Below are positions 9,534-18,748 of a DNA stretch of 64,000 nt, in pieces. A program made the position numbers and the translations under genes. Numbering within the stretch: the stretch's first letter is position 1; each line of letters opens with the position of its first letter. Location of the stretch: positions 13,379 to 77,378 of the forward strand of contig JBGTMB010000152.1 of assembly GCA_041743755.1 (NCBI GenBank), in the 5' to 3' direction. The notes beneath the pieces were generated by a model. That model did not search any database and was not told where the DNA came from. It was given only the letters and a program-made list of their open reading frames with translations. Source of the stretch: Nitrospiraceae bacterium (GTDB lineage: Bacteria; Nitrospirota; Nitrospiria; Nitrospirales; Nitrospiraceae).

Positions 9534-10517
9534 CTATCCTCCGACTGAATAGGCGGCATGGCCTTTACAATGCTGTTGTCCCACCCATACGCGCCATAAC
9601 ATCGCCTTCAACTTCTCCATCTGCTGATAACGATCGGAACGACCTGAGCAGGCAGCCTTGAAGATTTTTGCGAGCACTCCCCCTCCTATCCACGCTTTCA
9701 TGATGAACCGCTCGAGCCACCAGAAATGTTTCTCGACATAGAGTATCCGGCTGAGCTCCCACTGCACATTGAGTTGATCTCGATGCTCCACACTACTGCG
9801 TCCGATCAAATGAACGACTTCACAGTCCGCCGCATGCCATACACGATAGCCTCGTTGATGAATCCGGCGACACAAATCGACGTCTTCGAAATACATAAAA
9901 AACCGACTATCGAATCCCCCCATGTGTTCGAATAATCCCTTCCGCACCATAAGACAGGCGCCGTTCGCCCACTCCACATCTTGCGAGACCGTAAAGTCTA
10001 GTTCAACATCGTGACCGACCACACGTTTAATGATCGTTGGAACCCAGGGCGAATAGCGGAGATGATCGCGGACCGAAGGAAAGGGAAAGCAAGACTGCAG
10101 CACTTGCCCGGCTTTATCGCATTGGAGACAACTTACGGCCCCAATATCGGGCTGCATGTCCAAACATGCCACCATCCTGGAAAGCGTGCAGGCTCTCATC
10201 ACTGTGTCACTGTTCAGAAAGAGCACGTGCCGGCCTCTGCCGATTTCGACAGCTTGGTTACACGCTTTGGCATAGCCGCCGTTGTCTTGATTCGCAATCA
10301 CCCTTGTCCGAGGGAACTGGGCCCGTACGGCAGCGGCGCTACCATCACTGGATGCGTTATCGATCACGATCAGTTCATACTCCACGTCTTTCGTCATCTC
10401 CTGAATAGATTGTAGACAGGCCAGCAACAAATCCCGCGTGTTGTAGCTGATGATGGCGATCGTGAGGTCCACGGAATATCGACTCCTATTGTTTGACTGC
10501 GCTGAGCATGAGCTCAT
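9534..10517 (-). CDS. Glycosyltransferase family 2
   Basis: From the ORF 9534..10616. The GT2 signature is LTIAIISYNTRDLLLACLQSI...VIDNASSDGS, with a DxD-like FLNSD. The start is uncertain; I chose the ATG at 10517 (MSSCSAQ...) to limit overlap with the upstream gene. Confidence 0.8.
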   Translation of the reverse strand: MSSCSAQSNNRSRYSVDLTIAIISYNTRDLLLACLQSIQEMTKDVEYELIVIDNASSDGSAAAVRAQFPRTRVIANQDNGGYAKACNQAVEIGRGRHVLFLNSDTVMRACTLSRMVACLDMQPDIGAVSCLQCDKAGQVLQSCFPFPSVRDHLRYSPWVPTIIKRVVGHDVELDFTVSQDVEWANGACLMVRKGLFEHMGGFDSRFFMYFEDVDLCRRIHQRGYRVWHAADCEVVHLIGRSSVEHRDQLNVQWELSRILYVEKHFWWLERFIMKAWIGGGVLAKIFKAACSGRSDRYQQMEKLKAMLWRVWVGQQHCKGHAAYSVGG

Positions 10518-11544
10518 TGCCGGCCCACCGCCAGAATGGCAAGAGCCCTCGTTCGAGCCGATGGAGCCCTCGAGCGACCGGGCCAGCATCGCAGGGCTGC
10601 AAGTTGCCGCGCGCATGTCCCTGGCGACGGATCCGCAGGCTCTTTTCGTAGTTCACATGGGAGAGGAATGGCCGTGTCAATACACGCTCGACACGAAACC
10701 CTGCCCGCTCCACACAGGCCTGCAACGTGTTCGGGGTAAACAACCACAAATGCCTCGGAGGCTCCAACGCCATCCAATCCTCCTTAAACAGCCGACTCAT
10801 AAGGCCCGCCATATTGGGGGTCGTGACAACTAGGCGCCCGCCGTCTTGCAACACCCGATGGCACTCACGCAAATGGGCCAACGGATCGGGAACATGTTCA
10901 ATGGCATGCACCATCGTCACGACAGCGATACTGCGGTCAGATAGTCCAGATGTTTCCAACGTCCCCACTTTCACAGGCACCTCATAATTCTCGTGCGCGA
11001 TCCGGGCAGCCTGAGGGGACGGATCGATCCCCATAACCCTCCACCCCAGCGCTTTCATCGCTGAAAGATAGCCACCCGCTCCGCAACCGATATCCAGAAG
11101 CGTCCCACCTTCGACAAAGGGAGGACAGAGTTCATCGCGTCCATATCGTGCGCGGTTTTGCAGCGCAGGAATCTGGCCGAGAATACGCCCCCCCACCGAA
11201 GCCCACCACTCATCCCGTTTAAACCGGGTGTAGCCGAAAATCTCACTCAGAATCAGCCCGCGCATCACATCCCGAACCCCAGCTGCCGGTCGAATTGGCG
11301 CCTCGCCCAGCGCTCCTCCCTCATGCGGTTCATAGTCGTCCGGATAGCATTTCGGAATCTCATCAATCGTCGGTCGTGGGCTTTCCCACACCAGTCCGCA
11401 GCTGGAACAGCGGGCAAAGCCAAACTCGCCTTCAACTGAATAGAGACGGTCGTGCAGTCCACGAAATAACGTTTCCCCGGGCGTACCACAGAGCAAACAC
11501 AGAACAGCTTCTTCCGTCCTTAGTGTCGGCATGTCACCACACAC
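10486..11544 (-). CDS. Class I SAM-dependent methyltransferase with N-terminal CxxC...CxxC zinc ribbon
   Basis: 352 aa. It has CLLCG...CSSCG at the N-terminus, motif I LLDIGCGAGGY, and MVHAIEHVPDP...GGRLVVTTPN. It looks like a paralog of the 5896..6786 product. Confidence 0.8.
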   Translation of the reverse strand: MCGDMPTLRTEEAVLCLLCGTPGETLFRGLHDRLYSVEGEFGFARCSSCGLVWESPRPTIDEIPKCYPDDYEPHEGGALGEAPIRPAAGVRDVMRGLILSEIFGYTRFKRDEWWASVGGRILGQIPALQNRARYGRDELCPPFVEGGTLLDIGCGAGGYLSAMKALGWRVMGIDPSPQAARIAHENYEVPVKVGTLETSGLSDRSIAVVTMVHAIEHVPDPLAHLRECHRVLQDGGRLVVTTPNMAGLMSRLFKEDWMALEPPRHLWLFTPNTLQACVERAGFRVERVLTRPFLSHVNYEKSLRIRRQGHARGNLQPCDAGPVARGLHRLERGLLPFWRWAGNELMLSAVKQ

Positions 11545-12602
11545 GACATCAGGTCTGGGTTCATGCCTTTGGGATAATGAAAGGCCTCTTGGCCAATGGC
11601 CAGTTGCACGCGTTTGGCTAACTCATTCCTCCACCATTTCAGCGAGCGACGGCCCAATAGCACCTTCCCCAATCCTCCTCCAAGCACCAGCAAGGAATTG
11701 ACGGTCAGAATCAGCCACAATGTTCCGGCACACAGAAGCCCTTCATGCTTTCGATAATAGCGAACAAGTCCTATCAAACTATCGATGATCCCCTGATCGG
11801 GCAATTTACATACTCCACCTGCGCCTCCATGATGCATGACCTCAGCCTCCGGTAGCAGGAATAGCCGATGTCCGTGATCGTACAACCACCGGCACAGGTC
11901 CACATCGTTGTAAAAAATGGGAAACTGCTCGTCGAACAACAACGGCATAAGAATGGATCGTCTCAGCATCAAGCACGCCGCTGGTGGTTGCTCAACCTCC
12001 GTCATGCTTTCAAATGGCTCATCGTGCATATAGAAGGCTCGAAGCCATCGATTGCCCGGGAATAAATTCCTCAATATCGTCTCGGAGAACAACACGTACC
12101 GCCAACGAGGCAACCGTTTGTGATAGCGCTGCACCGTCCCGTCAAGATTTCGTAAGACCGCCGTCACTCCCGCCCGCTGGAGATCAGCATCGAGAAACTG
12201 CACCATGTGCTCAATCGATCCGGGTCCCACCTCTGTATCTGGATTCAACAGCAGCACATAGCGCCCTTGTACTCGTTGATAGGCTTGATTGTTGGCTCGA
12301 GCGAAGCCGACATTCTCGGAGTTTTTGAGCAATTCGACCCATGGAAATTCTTCCGCCACAAGAAGGGCACTGCCGTCGCTCGATCCGTTATCCACCACAA
12401 GTATCTGTGCACGGACGCCTCCTATTCCCCTGGCAATCGCCTGCAGACAACAGCGCAGCAAGTCCCGTGTATTCCAATTCACAATGATGATTGAGACGTC
12501 CAATCCGTTTCCTTGGTACACCGAAGACCCCCCCCGATTAGGCGCTCCACAATGTCCGCAGGCGAGGATACTCTCGCGCCCAGAGATACCATCCGTAGAC
12601 AC
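11520..12602 (-). CDS. Glycosyltransferase family 2
   Basis: 360 aa with VSIIIVNWNTRDLLRCCLQAI...VVDNGSSDGS and LLLNPDTEV (DxD-like). The start is uncertain because the ORF overlaps the flippase 3' end by about 65 nt. Confidence 0.8.
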   Translation of the reverse strand: MSTDGISGRESILACGHCGAPNRGGSSVYQGNGLDVSIIIVNWNTRDLLRCCLQAIARGIGGVRAQILVVDNGSSDGSALLVAEEFPWVELLKNSENVGFARANNQAYQRVQGRYVLLLNPDTEVGPGSIEHMVQFLDADLQRAGVTAVLRNLDGTVQRYHKRLPRWRYVLFSETILRNLFPGNRWLRAFYMHDEPFESMTEVEQPPAACLMLRRSILMPLLFDEQFPIFYNDVDLCRWLYDHGHRLFLLPEAEVMHHGGAGGVCKLPDQGIIDSLIGLVRYYRKHEGLLCAGTLWLILTVNSLLVLGGGLGKVLLGRRSLKWWRNELAKRVQLAIGQEAFHYPKGMNPDLMSCVVTCRH

Positions 12603-14028
12603 TGATACCGGTAAGCACGCATATCACCGCCGGCCACTGCTCCATTCTCATCGAGGGAACCGCATAGCCGAGCAATAGACCGAGCACAACAATCGCCGCC
12701 AGCCCTCCCGCCCATCGTAATGGTCCAAACGCCGGCCAGGCTTCATGTCCCAACAGCTGAACCGTCGCTCTGACATGCAGAACAAGACCGATCACGAATG
12801 TCAGCGTGATTGTCAAAGCCGCCCCGACAAGTCCCCATATCATCGTGAACGGAATCACCATCAAGACGTAGCACGCACACATCACAGCCCAGATTTTGGT
12901 TTGCAATTCAGGATGGTTTGCCCCGCAGTGAAACGCAGCCATCACACTGCAGAACGCTGCGGCAATCGCAAACAAACAGAGGACTCGCAATGGATCGATC
13001 GCAGCGGTCCAAGCTGGGCCGAAGACAAACGGAACAAGATACGGCGCAAGGGTTGCTGTCGCCAATGCGCTCGGCACAATGACCATCCCAGTGAGGCCCA
13101 TTTGTAGACTCAAGGCACGCATCGCTCCAGGCCGATCCTTCTGTAACATGGCATACGTGGGCAAACTGATTTGAGAGATTACGCTCATAGCCCTAATGCC
13201 GATCATGATCGGAATCGCCATAGCGACTTGATAGTGGCCTAACGCTGTGACTCCGTACAGACGCCCTACTACGAGATCTCCTCCACTCATAACCGTGAAA
13301 AGAAACCATCCTGTGAAATTCTGATATCGCCCATAGTTCCAGAGACTCTGCAATGATGCGCGATTAAGCGACCATCCGATGCGGCACGGTGCAATCCAAT
13401 ACGACAGAATCGCCGCGAATAAGAACGCGACCAGCTGCCCGCCCAATAATGCCCATGCGCTTTGCCACCACCAGGCCAAACCGATCGTGACGCAGGATTC
13501 AAGCACACGGCGACTGAGATCAAACGACACCCGTTTCCTAAGATCCAGCTTCTTCAGCAATACAAACAACTCCGGGCTCTGTACAGACTGCAAAAGAATT
13601 CCCACGGTGTGAACACGAAGAAATAGCCCGAGTTCGGGAATCTGCATTCCGGTCGCAATCACATCGGCCAGACCCCAGAGACCGATTGCCAGTACAATTC
13701 CTCTGATGATCGACAAGGTCCACGCGACGCGAAGATCTTCCTCATTGACATTCGGCTTCGCAATGACTGCCGGCTCTAGCCCCAGCTCAGAAAAGGCCTG
13801 AACTGCAAGCAGGATGGCAGCGGATGCCATCATTAATCCAAAATCGCCTGGCACCAGCAATCGCGCCAGAACAACAAGCTGGAGAAGCGCAATCCCCTTC
13901 TCAACAGCAAATCCAGCGAGCGCCCATCCTCCGGCCTGCAGGACACGATGACGGATTCTCATGGATCCGGAAATCGGCTCATCGTGACCATCCGGACGGA
14001 TCTGGTCTTGAATCGACGGCACATTCAT
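12538..14028 (-). CDS. wzx: Polysaccharide/oligosaccharide flippase (MOP/Wzx family)
   Basis: About 496 aa and highly hydrophobic with multiple spans, which is Polysacc_synt-like architecture. The ATG at 14026-14028 forms an ATGA overlap with the stop of the upstream GT4 (14028-14030). The track's first codon at 14037 is GTG. Confidence 0.8.
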   Translation of the reverse strand: MNVPSIQDQIRPDGHDEPISGSMRIRHRVLQAGGWALAGFAVEKGIALLQLVVLARLLVPGDFGLMMASAAILLAVQAFSELGLEPAVIAKPNVNEEDLRVAWTLSIIRGIVLAIGLWGLADVIATGMQIPELGLFLRVHTVGILLQSVQSPELFVLLKKLDLRKRVSFDLSRRVLESCVTIGLAWWWQSAWALLGGQLVAFLFAAILSYWIAPCRIGWSLNRASLQSLWNYGRYQNFTGWFLFTVMSGGDLVVGRLYGVTALGHYQVAMAIPIMIGIRAMSVISQISLPTYAMLQKDRPGAMRALSLQMGLTGMVIVPSALATATLAPYLVPFVFGPAWTAAIDPLRVLCLFAIAAAFCSVMAAFHCGANHPELQTKIWAVMCACYVLMVIPFTMIWGLVGAALTITLTFVIGLVLHVRATVQLLGHEAWPAFGPLRWAGGLAAIVVLGLLLGYAVPSMRMEQWPAVICVLTGISVYGWYLWAREYPRLRTLWSA

Positions 14029-15224
14029 CAGGCACACACCCGGTCACGTACATATTCAGCCGCCGCCACCTTGCACACCTGTTCCAGTTCCATCGCTCTC
14101 GCGTCCCACGTATGAGAGTGCACAACAGCCACACGTCCGGCTTGCCCCATCTTCCTCGCCAAGGCAGGGTCCCGGAGTACGCGAAGCACGACCTCGGCGA
14201 GCCCCACCGAGTCCTCTTCCGTCACAGAAATCCCGGCACCCAACCTCTCCACTGTATCGCCATAGCCCTCGCCGGCCGTCGCAACCACAGGCCTCGCGCA
14301 AGCCAAATATTCCCAGAGCTTCATCGAATCACCAGGATAGAATCGGACCGATCGATGGAGAACCACACACACATCGCTTGCCCCGATCCACCACGGTACT
14401 TCATCAAATGGCACTCGCCCCACAAACGATACGGCTTCTTCAAGACCGCGTTCACGCACCATCGTTTGAAGCGCTGGTCTTGTATGACCGTCGCCGACAA
14501 GCAGAAGCTTGGCAGCTGGGCATTCACGGTGGACTATCGTCATGGCATCGACAAGGGTATCGAGTCCATGCCATGGGAAAAATCCCCCGACAAATCCGAT
14601 GTACTGTCCATTACGGTCAAGCCCAAGTCGGTGACAGGCTTCTTCCTTGCGACGTGGCGAACAGACGGAAGGATCGACACCGTTTCGAACCACATGGCAT
14701 CGACCAGACACAACGCCCCACTCTCGTTGCATCCAAAAAGGAATTTCATGACACACACTGACAAGCGCCTGAGCTCGCGTCACCGACATCCGCAGGATTC
14801 CTTGAATCGAGTTGCGGATGGGTGTCCATCCCCACAAGCCTGTCAATTCTTCTCCCCCCAATCCATTGACAAATAACACGTACGGGCACCGCATCAGGCC
14901 TGCGCAGATCAAGGGAGCGGCCTGACCCGGCGAATCAAACCACAGCATAACGTCCGGTTTCTGCCGCCACATAGTCCACAGCAACGCAATCGCCGAACCA
15001 ACCAGATAAGCCCATGGCCTTATCACCGGCAAGTGAGGAACCCATACCCACACCCCCCGCGCACCGATTAATGCGGTGTCATTTCTCATCTCAGCAGTCG
15101 GCCTCGGCGCCACGATCCGCAGCTCATGCCCTCGAACCGCAAGCGCGCGCACGAATCCCACGACCTGCCGAGCCCCCCCTCCGGCGACCCCAAGATCCTC
15201 GTCACAAAAGATCAGAATATTCAT
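14028..15224 (-). CDS. Glycosyltransferase family 4
   Basis: 398 aa. The N-terminus MNILIFCDEDLGVAGGGARQV and the C-terminal ...CARPVVATAGEGYGDTVE indicate a GT-B fold. Confidence 0.85.
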   Translation of the reverse strand: MNILIFCDEDLGVAGGGARQVVGFVRALAVRGHELRIVAPRPTAEMRNDTALIGARGVWVWVPHLPVIRPWAYLVGSAIALLWTMWRQKPDVMLWFDSPGQAAPLICAGLMRCPYVLFVNGLGGEELTGLWGWTPIRNSIQGILRMSVTRAQALVSVCHEIPFWMQREWGVVSGRCHVVRNGVDPSVCSPRRKEEACHRLGLDRNGQYIGFVGGFFPWHGLDTLVDAMTIVHRECPAAKLLLVGDGHTRPALQTMVRERGLEEAVSFVGRVPFDEVPWWIGASDVCVVLHRSVRFYPGDSMKLWEYLACARPVVATAGEGYGDTVERLGAGISVTEEDSVGLAEVVLRVLRDPALARKMGQAGRVAVVHSHTWDARAMELEQVCKVAAAEYVRDRVCA

Positions 15225-15239
15225 GGCGCGGACTGTGCC

Positions 15240-16142
15240 TTATGAAGCGGCGTGCAGCGGAATGTGGTTCTGTGAAACGACTGAGCCCCTATTCTCCGCC
15301 GAGCGTTGCCAGAAGGCCCCAGTCCAATCGATCTGATGAATCTGATCGGTAATCCCTCGTGCCCGACGAAAATCTTCGATGGCGGCGCGACAAGTCGGTA
15401 ACCCGTAATCATCGACGATGATAAATCCCCCCGGCGACACCTTGTGATACAAGGCGGACAATGCGTCCATCGTCGACTCATACAAATCACCATCGAGCCT
15501 CAAGACTGCCAATCGATTAATCGGCGCACACGGTAGCGTGTCGCGAAACCAGCCCGGCAGAAATGCCACCTGCTCATCCAGCAGCCCATATCGGGAAAAA
15601 TTGGCCTTCACCTCTTCTAACGAAATTGCCAACTCTTGATAGGTCCACAGCGTGTCACCGCGATCGACCGGGTACCGGGCTGGATCAGGCTGTGGTAACC
15701 CACAAAAGGAATCAGCTAACCAGACCTTTCTTGAACAATCACCATAGGCTTTTAATACCGCACGCATAAAAATCGACGATCCACCACGCCAGACTCCGGT
15801 TTCAATCAGATCTCCCGGCACAGCATCTCGAATCACCGATGTCACACAATGTTGGAGATTATCCAACCGCTTCAACCCAACCATCGTCTCTGCTTCAATC
15901 GGCCAATCACGGCCCTCCTGCCTCGCGTCTGTTCGATCCGGTTCAGTTTTTACAACTTCCAACTGCACCTGATGCAACAGCGATTGAACCGGTTTCAATG
16001 CAAGCTTCCGCCAACCGCTGAGCGACGTCATCGGCCGATATCTCTCTCTCCAAAGCATCCGCGTCAGACATTGCTTCATCAATTGCAAATACAATTCCTC
16101 AGGGATAGTCCCGCCTCTTTCACCCGGCGCAAGCTGACTCAT
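15240..16142 (-). CDS. TylF/MycF-family (macrocin-O-methyltransferase-like) SAM-dependent O-methyltransferase
   Basis: 300 aa. GDLIETGVWRGGSSIFMRAVL and LRLDGDLYEST are hallmark motifs of the Methyltransf_24/TylF family. Confidence 0.8.
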   Translation of the reverse strand: MSQLAPGERGGTIPEELYLQLMKQCLTRMLWRERYRPMTSLSGWRKLALKPVQSLLHQVQLEVVKTEPDRTDARQEGRDWPIEAETMVGLKRLDNLQHCVTSVIRDAVPGDLIETGVWRGGSSIFMRAVLKAYGDCSRKVWLADSFCGLPQPDPARYPVDRGDTLWTYQELAISLEEVKANFSRYGLLDEQVAFLPGWFRDTLPCAPINRLAVLRLDGDLYESTMDALSALYHKVSPGGFIIVDDYGLPTCRAAIEDFRRARGITDQIHQIDWTGAFWQRSAENRGSVVSQNHIPLHAAS

Positions 16143-16157
16143 AATCTTCCACCTCTT

Positions 16158-17345
16158 TTATTTACTGGCCATAATCCGGTGCCGATCAGGATCATGTGGA
16201 ATGATCGGTCGAACCAGGTCACGTAACGCGCGAACGATTGCATGCCATCCAAACCGCTGCTCGACAAACACGCGACCTTCACGCCCCAATCGGTATGCTT
16301 CATCAGGACGTGCCAACAAGTCCAAGACAGCTTCTGCCAGCGCATCGATCTGATCAGGCTGAACCAGTACGACCCCATTCGCGCGAGAAAACAGCGCATT
16401 GACCGATGGAATAGCGCTCGCGACGACAGGCCTACCGCAAGCTAGATAGTCAAACAGCTTCACCGGTGATGTTTCACCTCGATCACCACAAAAGGGCGCG
16501 ACACACACGTCCATAGCGCCAATCCATGTGGGAACACGGGTGTATTCGACTCGACCGGCCCAGGTTATCCAAGGAGTAAGACCTCGCTGTGTTGCCTGCT
16601 CAACAAGCGCTGCCGCCTGTTCTCCTTCCCCGATCATGAGCAATCGTGTCGAGGGACGGCGAGCATGGATGCGCGCAAATGCCTCCAACAAGGTTGCTAA
16701 ACCTTGATACCGATAAAAACTCCCGACAAACCCGATGTATTGGCACGCAGGGTCTAACTGTTCTTCTTGCCTGCACAGACTCATTTCCTTGGGTCTAAAC
16801 ACCTCTGTATCCGACCCGCTCGGCAACACGACCACACGATCAGCCTGCACACCGTACTGTGATCGCACAAGGCTGCCTAGCCCATTTGTCAGCACCACCA
16901 CTCGATCGCACCGGCGTAGCGCAAAAGCTGCCAAGGCATGAGTCATCCAACTTCTCAACCCGCTTGCGCCCCATGGAGGAACCGGCTCTCCATTGACCTC
17001 ACAGATGCATTGCGCTCCAAACAGTCTCGCGAGCAACAGCGGGTGAGGACTTTCCATCCACCGGTAATACACGACGTCTGGCCTTGACCAACAGGCTCGC
17101 ACGAAGCCGATGACGGAAGATAAAACCGCGTAGGAAATCGGACGCAAGACTGACCACGGAAGGAGCGGGATCGATGCAATTGAAAACCCTCGCTGAAGCA
17201 ACGAGGATCGATAGCGTGGAGGAAAGACTGTCACGCTGTCGCCATGTCCTGCAAGCTGTCGCGCCAATGCCCAGAGACGAACGAGCCCTACCGGATCGGA
17301 TGGTGCATCCGGCTCATACCAGTAACAAAAGACAAACCACCTCAT
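16158..17345 (-). CDS. Glycosyltransferase family 4/1
   Basis: From the ORF 16158..17426. The preferred ATG is at 17345 (MRWFVFCYWYEP...), giving an ATGA overlap with the upstream stop at 17342. C-terminal ...CGRPVVASAIPSVNAL indicates a GT-B fold. Confidence 0.8.
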   Translation of the reverse strand: MRWFVFCYWYEPDAPSDPVGLVRLWALARQLAGHGDSVTVFPPRYRSSLLQRGFSIASIPLLPWSVLRPISYAVLSSVIGFVRACWSRPDVVYYRWMESPHPLLLARLFGAQCICEVNGEPVPPWGASGLRSWMTHALAAFALRRCDRVVVLTNGLGSLVRSQYGVQADRVVVLPSGSDTEVFRPKEMSLCRQEEQLDPACQYIGFVGSFYRYQGLATLLEAFARIHARRPSTRLLMIGEGEQAAALVEQATQRGLTPWITWAGRVEYTRVPTWIGAMDVCVAPFCGDRGETSPVKLFDYLACGRPVVASAIPSVNALFSRANGVVLVQPDQIDALAEAVLDLLARPDEAYRLGREGRVFVEQRFGWHAIVRALRDLVRPIIPHDPDRHRIMASK

Positions 17346-18724
17346 ACGGGCACCCGGTGAGTGGCAGGGTTTGTCTGGGTCGCTGTCAGACGTGGCAAGA
17401 TCATGACGAGCCCCGCGCACAGCCAAAATGGCTCCATGATCCGAATGATAATGAAGGTGTTGGCTCCGATGCCGTGCGCAAGCATGGCCACCATACCGAG
17501 CAGCAACCCGTGGGCCAATCCCTTACAAAATGGGTCCTGTTCAGCAAGAAAGGTCTCGCGTGCGCGCCGCCACAAGCGGACAATCAGAAAGATGAATGCG
17601 ACAAGGCCGGCGAGACCCGTTTCTCCGAGGATCTTGACGTATTGCGCGTCCGCCCAAGCGTAGCCGGTGACACCGCGTCCGATCAGAGGATTATGCAGCC
17701 AATCTTTCAGCACATACTGCCAAGAACGCAGCCGCTCAGTCGTGGAGAGATCCAACCCCACTTGTCCCACTGTGATCTCGCCCCCATATTGACGTCCAAA
17801 GAACGTCTCGTTGACTCGATCCTTCACATTAGTAGGCGCGGCAAATGGGAGTACGATCGCGAGTAGGAGCATAAACGCGAGCACACCGGGTCGCCGCCAT
17901 TGCGTCGAGGCCACAGCCAGCATCAACACACCAGCTGCCAGATAGGACGAGCGAGAGAGAGTGGCCATGAGAGCCAGACTGATGAACCCGATAAGAAGGG
18001 CGAGCACAACTCGAATCGGTCCGGACTTCAAGTGAAGGAAGAGTCCCGTGACAATCGCCATGATAAAGACTAGGTATCCACCGAGTGTATTCGGTTCGCC
18101 GCTTTCCCCTTCAAACGGCGCGCTCGCCCGTTGCCCGCTTGGAATCTGAACGATCGCATACACACTGATTACGAAACAGATGGCTAGTAACGCAGTCACC
18201 AGACTGACAACCTGTCGTTTAGTGGACACATGGTTGACAACCATAAAAAACACAAAAAAGTATTCAAAGTATTTCAGAATAAAAAAGAAGCCCGTCAGCG
18301 GACGGACGCGACCGGCTATGACACCGACTAGCGTCGCAAGCACACAGACCAGCATGTAATACACGATGGGCCGATTGATCGGTGTCTCACGAAAGAGGGC
18401 CAGATCGCGATAGATGATCGTCTTGACCAACCAGCTAAATCCGATGATTGCGAGCAAGATATCGTCTACACGCAACGAGAGCTCTCGAACCCCGACACCT
18501 CTCCCGTCTACTCGCCCAACTGCAATTTCCGGAGAGAGCAACATAGAACCGATCAGCAGGAAGAGAGATGCGGGAACCGACGTGAAGGCCACCAACACGA
18601 TGAGAAAACCAAAAACGACCTGCAACCCTATCGTTGGAGTCGCGAGCGTGAGGCCGAGTGCGAGCACGGCGGCCAACACTGAAACGATGACGGCATCTTG
18701 AGGTTTCACCATCGACGCATGCAT
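17342..18724 (-). CDS. O-antigen ligase / Wzy-like polymerase family membrane protein
   Basis: 460 aa polytopic membrane protein with a Wzy_C-like segment, LATLSRSSYLAAGVLMLAV. It lies between GTs and the co-polymerase gene. Confidence 0.75.
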   Translation of the reverse strand: MHASMVKPQDAVIVSVLAAVLALGLTLATPTIGLQVVFGFLIVLVAFTSVPASLFLLIGSMLLSPEIAVGRVDGRGVGVRELSLRVDDILLAIIGFSWLVKTIIYRDLALFRETPINRPIVYYMLVCVLATLVGVIAGRVRPLTGFFFILKYFEYFFVFFMVVNHVSTKRQVVSLVTALLAICFVISVYAIVQIPSGQRASAPFEGESGEPNTLGGYLVFIMAIVTGLFLHLKSGPIRVVLALLIGFISLALMATLSRSSYLAAGVLMLAVASTQWRRPGVLAFMLLLAIVLPFAAPTNVKDRVNETFFGRQYGGEITVGQVGLDLSTTERLRSWQYVLKDWLHNPLIGRGVTGYAWADAQYVKILGETGLAGLVAFIFLIVRLWRRARETFLAEQDPFCKGLAHGLLLGMVAMLAHGIGANTFIIIRIMEPFWLCAGLVMILPRLTATQTNPATHRVPV

Positions 18725-18748
18725 GGAAAGTCAACTCCTCCTGCCGCG

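Noticed and set aside
13824-14876. 350-aa plus-strand ORF. Similar long antisense or alternate-frame ORFs include 1460..2119, 17174..17866, 36457..37107, 45651..46409, 59349..60005 and 28414..28959.
   Set aside because: All lie inside, and antisense to or out of frame with, genes that have strong family motifs. Their translations are Arg/Pro/His/Ser-rich low-complexity sequences, typical of shadow ORFs in GC-rich DNA, and they lack recognisable motifs and RBSs.
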